The notes under the pieces are model-generated. The model searched no databases. It was given only the letters and a program-made list of their open reading frames with translations, and was not told the origin of the DNA. From Candidatus Buchananbacteria bacterium (GTDB lineage: Bacteria; Patescibacteriota; Patescibacteriia; CAIXNZ01), in the NCBI GenBank assembly GCA_014729025.1, contig WJKP01000045.1, positions 20,015 through 84,014 on the forward strand: a stretch of 64,000 nt of DNA, given 5' to 3'. Position 1 is the stretch's first letter. Each line of letters begins with the position of its first letter. A program made the position numbers and the translations under genes. Below are positions 27,916 through 40,731 of this stretch, one piece after another.

Positions 27916-30897
27916 TTAAATTTTAAATTCACAAATATTTCTAAAATCACAAAATTTGCATTTATGAAATTCCGGATTGGCAGCAAACTTACTAGTTTTA
28001 ATTTGCTCAACAGTAGTAATAAAACGATCTTCTAGCTTTGCTAAATCTTTATCATTGCCAATAAAAGATAAACGGCTATTATTATCCAAATAATAAAAGG
28101 TTAATTTACTGACCGGATAACCAACGGTTATTTCAGGAATTTTTTGACAGGCATATTGGTATAATAAAAGCTGTTCCTTTTGCTCAAATGTCAATTTTTC
28201 TTTGGGATTACCTGTTTTATAATCAATTAATTCAACGGTTTTATCAGGCAAGACATCAATCCTATCTATAAAACCTTTGAAAGAATACAGCTCGTTTTTT
28301 GACCCCATTTTAAAATTAAAACCCTTTTCCAAAGCTATAACTGATAATTCCTGACCTTTATTTTCTTCATAAAATAATTTTAAAAAATCCAGTCCCTTTT
28401 TTAAGTATTTGGCTTTGTCAGTCTTGTTATCAAACCAATCATCTTGCCAACTTTCAGAAAAAATCTCTTTTAATTCTTCAAAACTAACTAGCTGCCCAAT
28501 TTTTTTAGTTGCAGAATCTTTGACTGCCGCAAATAAATCCGACTGTTTATTTTTTTGTCTAGATATAGCCAATTCAAGAAATTTCTGCAAAGTAGCATGC
28601 ATTGTTTTACCATAAGAAAAAACCGCTTTGCCTTTGATAGGGATACGATAAATATGGGCAAGCTTATACTGATATGGACATGTCTGAAACGCTGCTATTT
28701 GTGAATAAGAAAACTGAGATGGTAGCACATATTTATTATTTTCTTTTTTATTGCTTGTTGATTCAGGCACATTGACCGCTTTTAAATTGTCTGCTACAGC
28801 TTCAGCTTTTTCATCTAATTTAAAACCTTTGTTAGTTTCAGTTAATTCGACTAAAAATTTGGATATTTTTTTAACTCTAGCACCGCCATAATCATTTGCC
28901 GAAGTCAGATACAATCCCTCTTTGGCTCGAGTCATGGCAACATAAAATAAGCGGCGTTCTTCCTGAAGATGAAAATCCCCTTCCGGTAAAATATCCTTTA
29001 CTAATTCTTCCGGTATTTCAATTGGTTCGCCCCTTTTATTTGTAGGAAAACGCTGATCAACTAAGTTGGGAATAAAAACATATTTGAATTCCAAACCTTT
29101 AGCTGAATGAACCGTCATGATTTTAATCACATCAGGCCCAAGTTCAATATCAAATTTCAAAGATCCGCTTTCACCTGATTCTAATTCTAAATCCAATTCA
29201 GCCAAAAAATCTTGTAATGAAGGATCGGTTGCGCCTTCTTCAAAAACTTTTATCCTATCATAAAATTGATTTAAATATTCAGCATTTTGCTTAGCAATAG
29301 CCTCATCAGCTTGAACAATTTTTTGCAAATATTGAGAATCATTCATAAAAGTTAATAGAATTTCTCCGGCTGTTTTATTTCTGGTTAAATTAGTATGTTT
29401 TTCAATTAATGATAACAAACGATTTATTTCCGAAACAGTTTCAGATGATAAACCTTTTATGGAACCAGCTTGTTTTAAAGCTTCATATAGAGAAATTGTT
29501 TTCTTCTTAGCCCAATAACAAAGCTTAGTCACATCTTCATCAGATAAATTAATTATCGGCGAACGTAAAATACGAAATACGGCAGAACTTTCATGATAAT
29601 CATCAAGCAGTTTAAAATAATTTAAAATATCCAGAATAATGGGTTTGGAATATAATCCGCGCAAAGCGACGAATTGGTAAGGTAAATTGGTCTTACGCAA
29701 AAAATTAGTAAAAGTAGTAGCACTATCATTAGCTCTAACTAAAATCGCAAAATCTGACCAGGCTGCATTTTTATCTTGCTTTTTTATTTCCAAAATTTTC
29801 TCAATCACTCCCCTGACCTCGTCATCTAAAGTCTGAAAATGTAGATGCTTAATTTGCGCCTTTTTTTTCAAATTAGATTTTAATTGTTTTTTTATCTTAG
29901 AATTTTTTTGAGCTTCCAAGCGATTAGGGTCATTTAATTTGATAAAATTATATGACAAATCCAGAATCTCTTGACAGGAGCGATAATTATTGATCAGAAC
30001 AATCTGAGTTGCTTTAGGATAATCCTTGCTAAATTGCAAAATATTAGAAACTGAAGCTCCACGAAATTTATAAATTGACTGGTCATCATCAGCAACAACG
30101 GTTAAATTACCTTTATCACCAGCTAAAAGCTTAACCAAGTTATATTGGGCATAATTAGTATCCTGAAATTCATCAACTAAAATATATTTAAACTGTTTTT
30201 GATATTTTTGCAAAATAGCCGGCCGTTCTTTAAATAACCATAAAGTATAATTAATTAAATCACCAAAATCCAAAGAATTATTATCCAACAGCAACTGCTG
30301 ATAAATATGATAAGCATTGGCAATTTCTTTTAAACGTTTAGCTTCATCCTGGACTACCTGATCACTGTTTTTATTGTCCATATCAAGCTCTAATTTTTCC
30401 GCATAAGCCAAATAATCTTGAGGATAAATCTCCTCATCTTTACAGCGTGAAAAATGGTTCAGTAAGGCATGGATAAACTTGGTCGGATTTCCCAAAGGCT
30501 TATAATAATCAAGTTCAAATTTATGCAAATTCTGTCTAACTAAAAGCCACTGGCTGGTCTGGTTAAGTAGTTTAAAATCATTAGACAAACCAATATCCAA
30601 GGCATGTTGCTCCAGTATTGTTTGGCAAAACGAATGGAAAGTGGATATCCATAAGTCAATATAACCATAAGGTAATAACTTATCCACTCTTTCCTGCATT
30701 TCTCCGGCTGCTTTTTCAGTAAAAGTCAAAGCTAAGATAGCATCAGTTTTAACACCTTTATCCAAAATCAAATGGGCAATCCGCCTGGTAATAACCATTG
30801 TTTTACCAGTACCCGCGCCTGCAATAATCAAAAGTGGGCCATCTCCAAAGGTAATGGCTTTCTTTTGTTCGGAATTAAATTTTATTTTTTCTTCCAT
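27916..30897 (-). CDS. UvrD/PcrA-family ATP-dependent DNA helicase fused to a C-terminal PD-(D/E)xK nuclease with a Cas4/AddB-like Cys cluster
   Basis: Helicase motif I is AGAGTGKTMVITRRIAHLI. Motif II is VDEFQDTNYAQY and motif VI is VAMTRAKEGL. The C-terminal nuclease motif is IDRIDVLPDKTVELIDYKTG. The Cys cluster is CPYQY...CKFCDFRNIC. Confidence 0.8.
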   Translation of the reverse strand: MEEKIKFNSEQKKAITFGDGPLLIIAGAGTGKTMVITRRIAHLILDKGVKTDAILALTFTEKAAGEMQERVDKLLPYGYIDLWISTFHSFCQTILEQHALDIGLSNDFKLLNQTSQWLLVRQNLHKFELDYYKPLGNPTKFIHALLNHFSRCKDEEIYPQDYLAYAEKLELDMDNKNSDQVVQDEAKRLKEIANAYHIYQQLLLDNNSLDFGDLINYTLWLFKERPAILQKYQKQFKYILVDEFQDTNYAQYNLVKLLAGDKGNLTVVADDDQSIYKFRGASVSNILQFSKDYPKATQIVLINNYRSCQEILDLSYNFIKLNDPNRLEAQKNSKIKKQLKSNLKKKAQIKHLHFQTLDDEVRGVIEKILEIKKQDKNAAWSDFAILVRANDSATTFTNFLRKTNLPYQFVALRGLYSKPIILDILNYFKLLDDYHESSAVFRILRSPIINLSDEDVTKLCYWAKKKTISLYEALKQAGSIKGLSSETVSEINRLLSLIEKHTNLTRNKTAGEILLTFMNDSQYLQKIVQADEAIAKQNAEYLNQFYDRIKVFEEGATDPSLQDFLAELDLELESGESGSLKFDIELGPDVIKIMTVHSAKGLEFKYVFIPNLVDQRFPTNKRGEPIEIPEELVKDILPEGDFHLQEERRLFYVAMTRAKEGLYLTSANDYGGARVKKISKFLVELTETNKGFKLDEKAEAVADNLKAVNVPESTSNKKENNKYVLPSQFSYSQIAAFQTCPYQYKLAHIYRIPIKGKAVFSYGKTMHATLQKFLELAISRQKNKQSDLFAAVKDSATKKIGQLVSFEELKEIFSESWQDDWFDNKTDKAKYLKKGLDFLKLFYEENKGQELSVIALEKGFNFKMGSKNELYSFKGFIDRIDVLPDKTVELIDYKTGNPKEKLTFEQKEQLLLYQYACQKIPEITVGYPVSKLTFYYLDNNSRLSFIGNDKDLAKLEDRFITTVEQIKTSKFAANPEFHKCKFCDFRNICEFKI

Positions 30898-31012
30898 GTA
30901 ATATATTTTAACTTAAATTATGAAAAATTAAAACTCTTGACAAAATAACAATTTTAATGCTCAAATATCCAAGAAACATGGCTATAGGCCAGAGCCTACT
31001 AATTTTTTAAAA

Positions 31013-31040
31013 AAAGACCGCCCAAAGCGGTCTTTTAAAT
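31013..31040. terminator. Bidirectional intrinsic terminator
   Basis: The stem aaaagaccgc-ccaaa-gcggtctttt is flanked by A and T runs. Confidence 0.6.
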
Positions 31041-31193
31041 TTTATATTAATTGCAGATTCATCAGCAAAATAACATGAATAATAAAAGAAATCAACAAGG
31101 GCAACCAAAAACGTTTACCAAATCCAATAAAAATAAGCCGAATGATTTATTTTTACTAACTGGATTCATCTCCCCCCCCTTTTTAGTTAATTA

Positions 31194-31703
31194 TTATTCA
31201 AAAACAAACTGATTATCGACTTTTAAACTATTTTCAAAAACGTGCAAATCATCTTCATGATCAGCATTTTTTTCTTCATCAAAAAACAAAACATTGGTAT
31301 GACCACCAACAAAACTATAATTATTCCATTCTGGATACATTTTATCTAAATTATTTTCTTCAATCACATAATCTCGATTATTCCAGCTAAATATAACCTG
31401 ATTATCTTTTTTAAATTCAATTATCGTACTTTGAGCATCAACTCCCATTAATTCAAACTCAAAATCTTTGGGTAAATAAAAAGTATAGGTCTTTTGACTT
31501 TGAATATCCGGATCAGTTCGCCCCAACTCTAAACTATAAAATTCCCAATCAGAAAAATTATCAGCATCACTTAAATCGTTATTCAAATTTTCATTAAATA
31601 AATCTGGTACAGGTTCCGGCCTAATTGATTCGGGGCTGGCAACAAAATTACAGCCACCCAATAAAACCAATAGGCTTAAAATTAAAAAATTGAATTTTTG
31701 CAT
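31194..31703 (-). CDS. hypothetical lipoprotein
   Basis: The signal and lipobox are LLVLLGGCNF. An acidic mature domain follows. Confidence 0.5.
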   Translation of the reverse strand: MQKFNFLILSLLVLLGGCNFVASPESIRPEPVPDLFNENLNNDLSDADNFSDWEFYSLELGRTDPDIQSQKTYTFYLPKDFEFELMGVDAQSTIIEFKKDNQVIFSWNNRDYVIEENNLDKMYPEWNNYSFVGGHTNVLFFDEEKNADHEDDLHVFENSLKVDNQFVFE

Positions 31704-31707
31704 AATT

Positions 31708-32775
31708 TTATTTATAAACTTTTAATTGTTTAGCGAGTTCATTACTAAATGATTTTATGGGATTATTTAAAATTTCTTTTTTTATTTTATTCAAATAAAT
31801 TTGATAAACACTTTTTTTCATGGGACTGCCGACCAATTCCATAAAGCCCAGGCCTTTAACTTTTTTATTCTTTATTTTTCCTTGAACTTCAATCCCTCCT
31901 TCCCAATAATTAATTGTACCAAAAATCATTTCTTGTTGTCTATTAAAAGATTTGACCTCCAAATTTATCTGCCAATCAGGCAAATAAATCTCATAATTTA
32001 AATAATAATCAGACCCGGTCTCTTTACTATGATATTTATTTCCTTTGGCTTTTAAAATTAAATCATCAGTAAATTCAACTTTACCATTTTCATCAATTAA
32101 ACTGGCGTGAAAAGTTTTTACCTCATCACCATACACAAAACAAAGCATATCAATCCCATTATTTAACTGAATAGAAAACCAGGTCCATTTATCACCACGC
32201 ATTAAAGGCCCTTGAGCCCATTGATGATCCATCCAGGAAAGCCCCTCAACTTCTAGCCATTTATTTTTAACCTTAATTATGCCTTTAGTTTTCAAATTAG
32301 TCAAAGAATAATAATAAGTTGTTTTCATGCCTAAATCCAAAAAACCGGTTTTATTCAAAAGTAAAGGCTGCTTGCTCGCTTCTAAATTTAAATCAATAAA
32401 ATCATTAACTATATGATAATTAAATTGACTAGTTTCTTCAATTAAACAAGCGTTATCATATTGAGCCCAAAGTAAAGGTTTTGTAAAGCTATTATGGTTG
32501 ACCCAGCAAACAGGATTAATTTTATATTGGAACTTATTGGCCTTATTGTCAGTCAATAAATGATGGGAAAAATATAAAGTTTTTAAAGGAATATTACTTA
32601 AAAAAGGAATCTTAACTTTTTTAGGTTTTGCGGCAAATAATGTATTCATATAAGAAAATAAACGGCCAGATTTACTTTTCAAATTACCATTAAAATACCA
32701 CCATTCAATCACATGATTATGTTTTTGTTCATCTTGCGGAAATTTAATTGGCTTATATTTTTCCCTGTATTTCAT
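31708..32775 (-). CDS. AttH/CrtC-like (hydroxyneurosporene synthase family) lipocalin-fold protein
   Basis: The N-terminus HNHVIEWWYFNGNLKSKSGRLFSYMNTLF matches the CrtC/AttH EWWY block. Confidence 0.45.
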   Translation of the reverse strand: MKYREKYKPIKFPQDEQKHNHVIEWWYFNGNLKSKSGRLFSYMNTLFAAKPKKVKIPFLSNIPLKTLYFSHHLLTDNKANKFQYKINPVCWVNHNSFTKPLLWAQYDNACLIEETSQFNYHIVNDFIDLNLEASKQPLLLNKTGFLDLGMKTTYYYSLTNLKTKGIIKVKNKWLEVEGLSWMDHQWAQGPLMRGDKWTWFSIQLNNGIDMLCFVYGDEVKTFHASLIDENGKVEFTDDLILKAKGNKYHSKETGSDYYLNYEIYLPDWQINLEVKSFNRQQEMIFGTINYWEGGIEVQGKIKNKKVKGLGFMELVGSPMKKSVYQIYLNKIKKEILNNPIKSFSNELAKQLKVYK

Positions 32776-33551
32776 ATTTTTTTAATCCAATTTTTAAAAA
32801 TTTGTTTTATTTCAGCCAAATATTCTTGATCGTAAAAAGTATGAGCAGCACCTTTGATAATATATAATGCCTTCGGGCCAGGCAGTTTTTCATAAAGCAT
32901 TTGCTGATGAGTAAAAGGCGTAGAAGTATCATGCTCACCAACTATTAATAATACTGGTAATTTCAATTCATCAGCTTTAGTTAAGATATCATATTTCAAA
33001 TTATCTTCCATATGCGACCAAGGCAATCTTTTTATAAGTCCGGGCTTGGAAAAACTTTCATATTCATACCAGCCTGTTTTTTGCCAAGCTTTTACATGTT
33101 CTTCACCTAAAAACATTTTATAAGCTTCCAGCCTTAACTTGCCGGAAACTACTGTTGAAATGGGAGCAACAGCTTTAACTTGTTCGGGGAAATTTAAAGT
33201 ATATAATAAAATCGCGATACCTCCCAAACTATGACCGACCAATACAAAGGGTTCGATATACCAATCTTGTTTTTTAGCCCAAGCAATAACATCTTCTAAA
33301 TCCTGATAATGTTTTGTTACACTAGCTTCTTCAAATTGGCCTTCACTTTCATTAAAAGAGTTAGTAGCATCAAAGCGTAAAACAGTATAACCTGATTCTT
33401 TAAATGCCTCGGCAAATGTTGCTATATGTCCCTGTTCTTTAAATCCGCCCAAACCATGTAAAATAATGGCCAAACCTTTTGCCTGATCAGCTTTTTCTAT
33501 CAAAACTGAGATATTCAAATCATAACTATTTTTAATTATTTTTTTTATCAT
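32772..33551 (-). CDS. alpha/beta hydrolase (esterase/lipase family)
   Basis: The nucleophile elbow is VGHSLGG, and the distal motifs are HDTSTP and GAAHTF. Confidence 0.7.
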   Translation of the reverse strand: MIKKIIKNSYDLNISVLIEKADQAKGLAIILHGLGGFKEQGHIATFAEAFKESGYTVLRFDATNSFNESEGQFEEASVTKHYQDLEDVIAWAKKQDWYIEPFVLVGHSLGGIAILLYTLNFPEQVKAVAPISTVVSGKLRLEAYKMFLGEEHVKAWQKTGWYEYESFSKPGLIKRLPWSHMEDNLKYDILTKADELKLPVLLIVGEHDTSTPFTHQQMLYEKLPGPKALYIIKGAAHTFYDQEYLAEIKQIFKNWIKKI

Positions 33552-33665
33552 ATTAATTTAATTTTAGCTTAAAATTCATAATAAGTAAATAAAAACAATC
33601 TATTGACAAAAATTAAAATTTATTATACAATAAAATAAGTAATAAAGTAAAAAAGGAGAAAAACA

Positions 33666-33896
33666 ATGAGCTCAAACTATCAAACAGTCAAAGACTTTTT
33701 TCAGGAAAGGTTTCCTGAGGCTAATGAAGATATTTTAAAGTTGGTCGCCAATCAACGTCTTAAAGGCTTGGGTATTAATACCGAACTGACAAAAATCGAG
33801 GAACAAACAGCTCAAAAACTGATTGACTTTTTTAAAACTCTTTCTCCTGAAGAATTACAAGAATTGACATTCAATGCCATGAGTAACACTATTTGA
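33666..33896 (+). CDS. hypothetical small acidic protein
   Basis: It is 76 aa. A strong SD aaaaaggagaaaaacaATG precedes it. An agcgatat/atatcgct hairpin follows the stop. Confidence 0.4.
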   Translation: MSSNYQTVKDFFQERFPEANEDILKLVANQRLKGLGINTELTKIEEQTAQKLIDFFKTLSPEELQELTFNAMSNTI

Positions 33897-33961
33897 GCAC
33901 AAGCGATATGATCCAATGATTATATCGCTTTATTTATTTAAAATTATTTTATTATAAAAAT

Positions 33962-34990
33962 ATGAACAAAGCAGAACAAGAACTAATTCAACCCGAGCAA
34001 GACAAAACACCTGAACAACAAATCGAAGAATTAAAACAAAAAAATAAAGAATTAAAAGATCGTTTAAAAGAAGCCATTACCGATCCGGTTACTGGCTTGG
34101 AAAGGCGTGCCGGTTTATTTCAAGATATAAACCAAGAAATCACAGAAATGATGGGAGAAAAAGGATTGAAAAAATTAGAGGAATTAACAGATAATGAATT
34201 AATAGAATTTATTGATCAATTACTTAATAATGAAACAATAAAAAAACAACCACTAAACATTGCCATTTGTGATGTTGCTTATTTATCTTTGGCCAATAAA
34301 AGCGGTTTGCAAGGTGGCGATCAGCTTTTAGGCAGGATCGGTGATGCGGCTCGAGCAGTTGGGTCGCCAAAAGTGACCTTACCGGAAGATTTAAATGAAT
34401 CAGAAAAAAAGCCGATTGTTAAATTCTTCAGACATGGCGGAGATGAATTAACCGCTATTGTCAGGGAATGGCCGCAAGAAGCAGAACAAAAATTACAAAA
34501 ATTTGCTCAACAAGTCTCAAAAATAAAAAATATTAAAGATTTTGAAGAAGCAAATCTTTCTACTCATATAGATTATGGCCTGGCCCATATTACCGAAGCT
34601 TTAACAGCTTTTAAAAAAATAATGGAAACAAAAGAAGGTCCTAAAGATATTCCCCCATCGGCTCGCTTAAAAAATCTGGAAAATATTTGGCTGGAAATTG
34701 CGGAATTAAAAGCAACCATTGAAAAAACTAAAATCAGGCTAAAACTTTTAGCCGAATTAAAAACAAAACAACCAGAACTTTATGATAAAGTCATTGCTTA
34801 TCTACGTAAAGGGGCTCATAATATTACTGAAAAAAAATTAAACGAATTAATCGAACAAGCCGATCAAAAATTTTCCGGAGAAAAATGGGATGATATTACT
34901 TCTGAATTTATTATTCAAGAATTAAAAAATGAAAAAGCATTGGATGAACAATCACAAATAAACCTTGAAACTATTTTAAAATCCGAATAA
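33962..34990 (+). CDS. Coiled-coil protein with a degenerate GGDEF-like (nucleotidyl cyclase palm) domain carrying GGDEL
   Basis: IAICDVAYLSLANKSGLQGGDQLLGRIGDAARAV...KFFRHGGDELTAIVRE aligns to the GGDEF blocks lDiDhFKxiNDtyGHxaGDxvL...RxGGDEF. No RxxD I-site is present. Coiled coils flank the domain. Confidence 0.5.
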   Translation: MNKAEQELIQPEQDKTPEQQIEELKQKNKELKDRLKEAITDPVTGLERRAGLFQDINQEITEMMGEKGLKKLEELTDNELIEFIDQLLNNETIKKQPLNIAICDVAYLSLANKSGLQGGDQLLGRIGDAARAVGSPKVTLPEDLNESEKKPIVKFFRHGGDELTAIVREWPQEAEQKLQKFAQQVSKIKNIKDFEEANLSTHIDYGLAHITEALTAFKKIMETKEGPKDIPPSARLKNLENIWLEIAELKATIEKTKIRLKLLAELKTKQPELYDKVIAYLRKGAHNITEKKLNELIEQADQKFSGEKWDDITSEFIIQELKNEKALDEQSQINLETILKSE

Positions 34991-35046
34991 AAACAATAAA
35001 AAAACAATAATTTTATTATCACGAATTATTGTTTTTTTATTGTTTT

Positions 35047-36069
35047 TTAGTGATTATATTTATTTGCTAATTGACCACAAGCTGCATCAATCTCTTTACC
35101 AAAACGATGCCTTTCAGTGACATTAATTTTATTACGCCCCAAAATATGCTTAAATAAGGCAACATTTTTGGGACTAGATGGTTGAAATTTATTGTTTAGA
35201 AAATCACCCTTATTATATAAAATTAAATTAAGTAAATAAAGTTTTGACGGTAAATATTTTAACAATTCTACCAATTGATTAGCCGCTTGTTCACTATCAT
35301 TAAAATCTTTTAACATAATATACTCAATCATTACCCGCCGATTGGTTTCCTTGATATAATCTTTTACTACCGTTAAAACCTGATTTAACGAATATTTTTT
35401 ATTTAAAGGTATAAGTTTATCACGTAATTTATTATTAGGCGCATGTAAGGAAATAGCCAAATTAATCTGTAAATTTTCTTTGCTTAATTTATAAATATCT
35501 TCAGGTAAACCGATTGTTGAAATTGAAATATGCCGGGCACCGATATTAAAATAATCTTTATTATTTAAAATTTTTATAGCCTCGATAACATTATCATAAT
35601 TTAAAAATGGTTCCCCCATTCCCATAAAAACGACATTTGTCACCTTTTTATTTTCTTTTTTTAATAATCTGGCAAAAAACAAAACCTGAGTAATTATCTC
35701 ATCTATTTCTAAATTACGTTTATAGCCTACCTGACCAGTTGAACAAAACAAGCACCCCAAAGGACACCCTACCTGTGAAGAAACACAAACAGTATTGCGG
35801 CCGTCATTATGACGCATTAAAACTGTTTCAATTTTCTTATCATCAATTAAAGTAATTAAAGCCTTAATAGTTTTTTTATCATCAGACCTAATAATTTTAG
35901 CTTCTAACTCTAAGGGTATTTTTTGATTCAATTCAACTCGAAGTTTTTGTGGTAAATTAAAAGCTTTTTGCCAATCATCAATTAAATCATGCCAAATTAC
36001 TTGCTGGCATTGCTTAAAACGATAAGCAGGCTCGTTCTTTAATGAATTTTTTAATAATTTCAGATTCAT
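35047..36069 (-). CDS. rlmN: 23S rRNA (A2503 C2) methyltransferase RlmN (radical SAM)
   Basis: CVSSQVGCPLGCLFCSTG, MGMGEPFLNYDNV and GKEIDAACGQL are present. Confidence 0.85.
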   Translation of the reverse strand: MNLKLLKNSLKNEPAYRFKQCQQVIWHDLIDDWQKAFNLPQKLRVELNQKIPLELEAKIIRSDDKKTIKALITLIDDKKIETVLMRHNDGRNTVCVSSQVGCPLGCLFCSTGQVGYKRNLEIDEIITQVLFFARLLKKENKKVTNVVFMGMGEPFLNYDNVIEAIKILNNKDYFNIGARHISISTIGLPEDIYKLSKENLQINLAISLHAPNNKLRDKLIPLNKKYSLNQVLTVVKDYIKETNRRVMIEYIMLKDFNDSEQAANQLVELLKYLPSKLYLLNLILYNKGDFLNNKFQPSSPKNVALFKHILGRNKINVTERHRFGKEIDAACGQLANKYNH

Positions 36070-36144
36070 AAAATAATTTTAACTTAAAAATAAAAAAAAT
36101 ATCCAAGTGGACATTTTAACTAACAGCTTCAAACTGATAATCAA

Positions 36145-36282
36145 CTAAAATTTTAAATATTTCTTTACCCTTTGATTTTCCTTTAAATCCTCTGGTGATC
36201 TGTAAATGCAAACAATAAGCAAAAATATTGTAATATTCAGCGCTACCAACGGGAATTTCATAAAACTGTCACCGGTATTCAA
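36145..36282 (-). CDS. Possible 45-aa hydrophobic micropeptide with a TTG start
   Basis: The minus strand reads AAGGAGGttttatTTG aat acc... and encodes (M)NTGDSFMKFPLVALNITIFLLIVCIYRSPEDLKENQRVKKYLKF. A perfect SD lies 6 nt from the TTG. TTGACA-N17-TAAGGT lies upstream. It is not in the ORF track. Confidence 0.3.
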   Translation of the reverse strand: MNTGDSFMKFPLVALNITIFLLIVCIYRSPEDLKENQRVKKYLKF

Positions 36283-36364
36283 ATAAAACCTCCTTTGAAT
36301 GCTATTTTGATTTAAACCTTAGCATATTAATTTCTATTTGTCAAGCCAAAAATTAAATTGTTAT

Positions 36365-36805
36365 TTATAATTTATTAATCTTTTTCCAGCGGATAACTGC
36401 CTTAGTTCTGGCTAATTCTTTAGCTAAACTGGCATTAATATTGGCAAAACGTTCCTTATCAGAAGTTCGTAAATTTTTCAAACTCTGTTCAGCTGTTTTT
36501 CTGGCGGCTTCAGCTTTAGCCAAATCGATTTCTTCGGCGCGTTCAGCCGTATCAGCTAAAAGCACGACCTTATTTCTAAATACCTCAATAAACCCACCGG
36601 AAACCGACATTATTTTATGTTCATTATTTTCATTAACTAATTCAATAACACCTGGCTTTAAAATCCCAACCAAAGGCATATGTTTTGGTAAAACAGTAAT
36701 AAAACCTTCCTCAGTCGGCACCGTGACTTTTTTAATCATTTCCTTTAAAGCAATTTTTTCTGGAGTTACTATTTCAAATTTAATTATTTCTTTTGATTTA
36801 TACAT
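36365..36805 (-). CDS. atpC: F1 ATP synthase epsilon subunit
   Basis: It has a beta-sandwich N-terminus (FEIVTPEKIALKEMIKKVTVPTEEGFITVLPKHMPLVGILKPGVIEL) and a helical C-terminus, and it follows atpD. Confidence 0.85.
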   Translation of the reverse strand: MYKSKEIIKFEIVTPEKIALKEMIKKVTVPTEEGFITVLPKHMPLVGILKPGVIELVNENNEHKIMSVSGGFIEVFRNKVVLLADTAERAEEIDLAKAEAARKTAEQSLKNLRTSDKERFANINASLAKELARTKAVIRWKKINKL

Positions 36806-36816
36806 ATAATTATTAT

Positions 36817-39184
<2,368 letters not shown>

Positions 39185-39189
39185 TATTT

Positions 39190-40713
39190 TTAATTAATTA
39201 AATAATCTAAGGTATCTTTAAAATTATTAATAACTGTTTTTAAATTATTTTCATCTTCTTCTGTTAATTCACCGGTTTGCTCAATATTATTTAAAATCGA
39301 CTGACCATTGTCTCTGACAAATTCAAGCAAACTATTTTCAAATTCTGAAACTTTTTCCACTGGCACATCATCTATTAGGCCAGAAATCAAAGCAAAGAAA
39401 ATAACAACCTGTTCAGCCACTGGTACCGGTTCATACTGATCCTGCTTTAAGATCTCTATTAATCTTTTACCTCTTTCCAATTTAGTCTGAGTTTCTTTAT
39501 CCAAATCAGAACCAAATTGGGCAAAAGCTGCCAATTCACGATATTGAGCAGCCTCCAGGCGCATTTTACCGGCAACTTTTTTCATAGCTTTAATTTGAGC
39601 TGCCGAACCGACACGTGAGACTGATAATCCGGCATTAATTGCCGGCCGAACTCCTTGATAAAATAAATCGGGCTCCAAATAAATCTGGCCGTCAGTAATC
39701 GAAATAACATTAGTTGGAATATAAGCCGAGACATCACCGGCCTGAGTTTCAATAATCGGTAAAGCAGTAATTGAACCGCCACCATTTTTTTCATTTAATC
39801 TACAAGCCCTTTCCAATAATCTTGAATGCAAATAAAAAACATCTCCGGGATAAGCCTCACGCCCGGGCGGACGTTTTAACAGTAATGAAATTTCACGATA
39901 AGCTACCGCATGTTTTGATAAATCATCATAAATTATTAAAACATCCTCGCCTTTATCAAGAAAATATTCAGCCATAGCACAGCCGGCATAAGGTGCAATA
40001 TAAAGCATTGACGATGGATCAGACGCACCAGCCAGAATCACGGTTGTATAATCCATGGCTTTAGTTTCTTTTAATTTGGCTACAATATTTGCTATTTTTG
40101 ATTCCTTTTGTCCAATAGCCACATAAATACATTTCATGTTTTGACCTTTTTGATTAATAATCGCATCAATAGCAATTGCGGTCTTACCTATTTGTCGGTC
40201 ACCAATAATCAATTCCCTTTGACCACGGCCAATGGGAATCATGGCATCAACGGCTTTAATACCGGTTTGCACCGGCTGATCAACAGGCTGTCGCGCAATC
40301 ACGCCAGGTGCTATTTTTTCTATTGGATAATAATTTTTAGTTTTAATTGCTTTCCCACTATCCAAAACTTTACCCAAAGGATCCAAAACTCGTCCGACAA
40401 CTTCTTCGCCAACCGGAACTTCTAAAATTCTTTGCAAAGCAATTACTTCATCACCTTCTTTGATTTTTTCATAATTACCAAAAATAATAGCGCCGACACT
40501 ATCCTCTTCCAAATTTAAAACTACACCAAAAATAGACTCGGTCTCAGTTTTAAATTCCAACATTTCTGACATCACTACTTGTGATAAGCCTGAAATTTTA
40601 GCAATACCGTCACCAACTTCAATAACCTTGCCAAAATTCTTTTCTGTAGACTCATTTTTAAAATCTTGTATCTGCTCCTTTAATTGAGTAATGATATAAT
40701 CTTTATTTGTCAT
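39190..40713 (-). CDS. atpA: F1 ATP synthase alpha subunit
   Basis: The P-loop is [37 protein letters not shown] is present. Confidence 0.95.
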   Translation of the reverse strand: MTNKDYIITQLKEQIQDFKNESTEKNFGKVIEVGDGIAKISGLSQVVMSEMLEFKTETESIFGVVLNLEEDSVGAIIFGNYEKIKEGDEVIALQRILEVPVGEEVVGRVLDPLGKVLDSGKAIKTKNYYPIEKIAPGVIARQPVDQPVQTGIKAVDAMIPIGRGQRELIIGDRQIGKTAIAIDAIINQKGQNMKCIYVAIGQKESKIANIVAKLKETKAMDYTTVILAGASDPSSMLYIAPYAGCAMAEYFLDKGEDVLIIYDDLSKHAVAYREISLLLKRPPGREAYPGDVFYLHSRLLERACRLNEKNGGGSITALPIIETQAGDVSAYIPTNVISITDGQIYLEPDLFYQGVRPAINAGLSVSRVGSAAQIKAMKKVAGKMRLEAAQYRELAAFAQFGSDLDKETQTKLERGKRLIEILKQDQYEPVPVAEQVVIFFALISGLIDDVPVEKVSEFENSLLEFVRDNGQSILNNIEQTGELTEEDENNLKTVINNFKDTLDYLIN

Positions 40714-40731
40714 AATATTCTATGAATTATT

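Noticed and set aside
31080-31196. 38-aa basic + strand ORF (MNNKRNQQGQPKTF...) between the terminator and the lipoprotein gene
   Set aside because: No SD is present and it overlaps the 3' region of the convergent gene. It is likely a chance ORF in AT-rich spacer.
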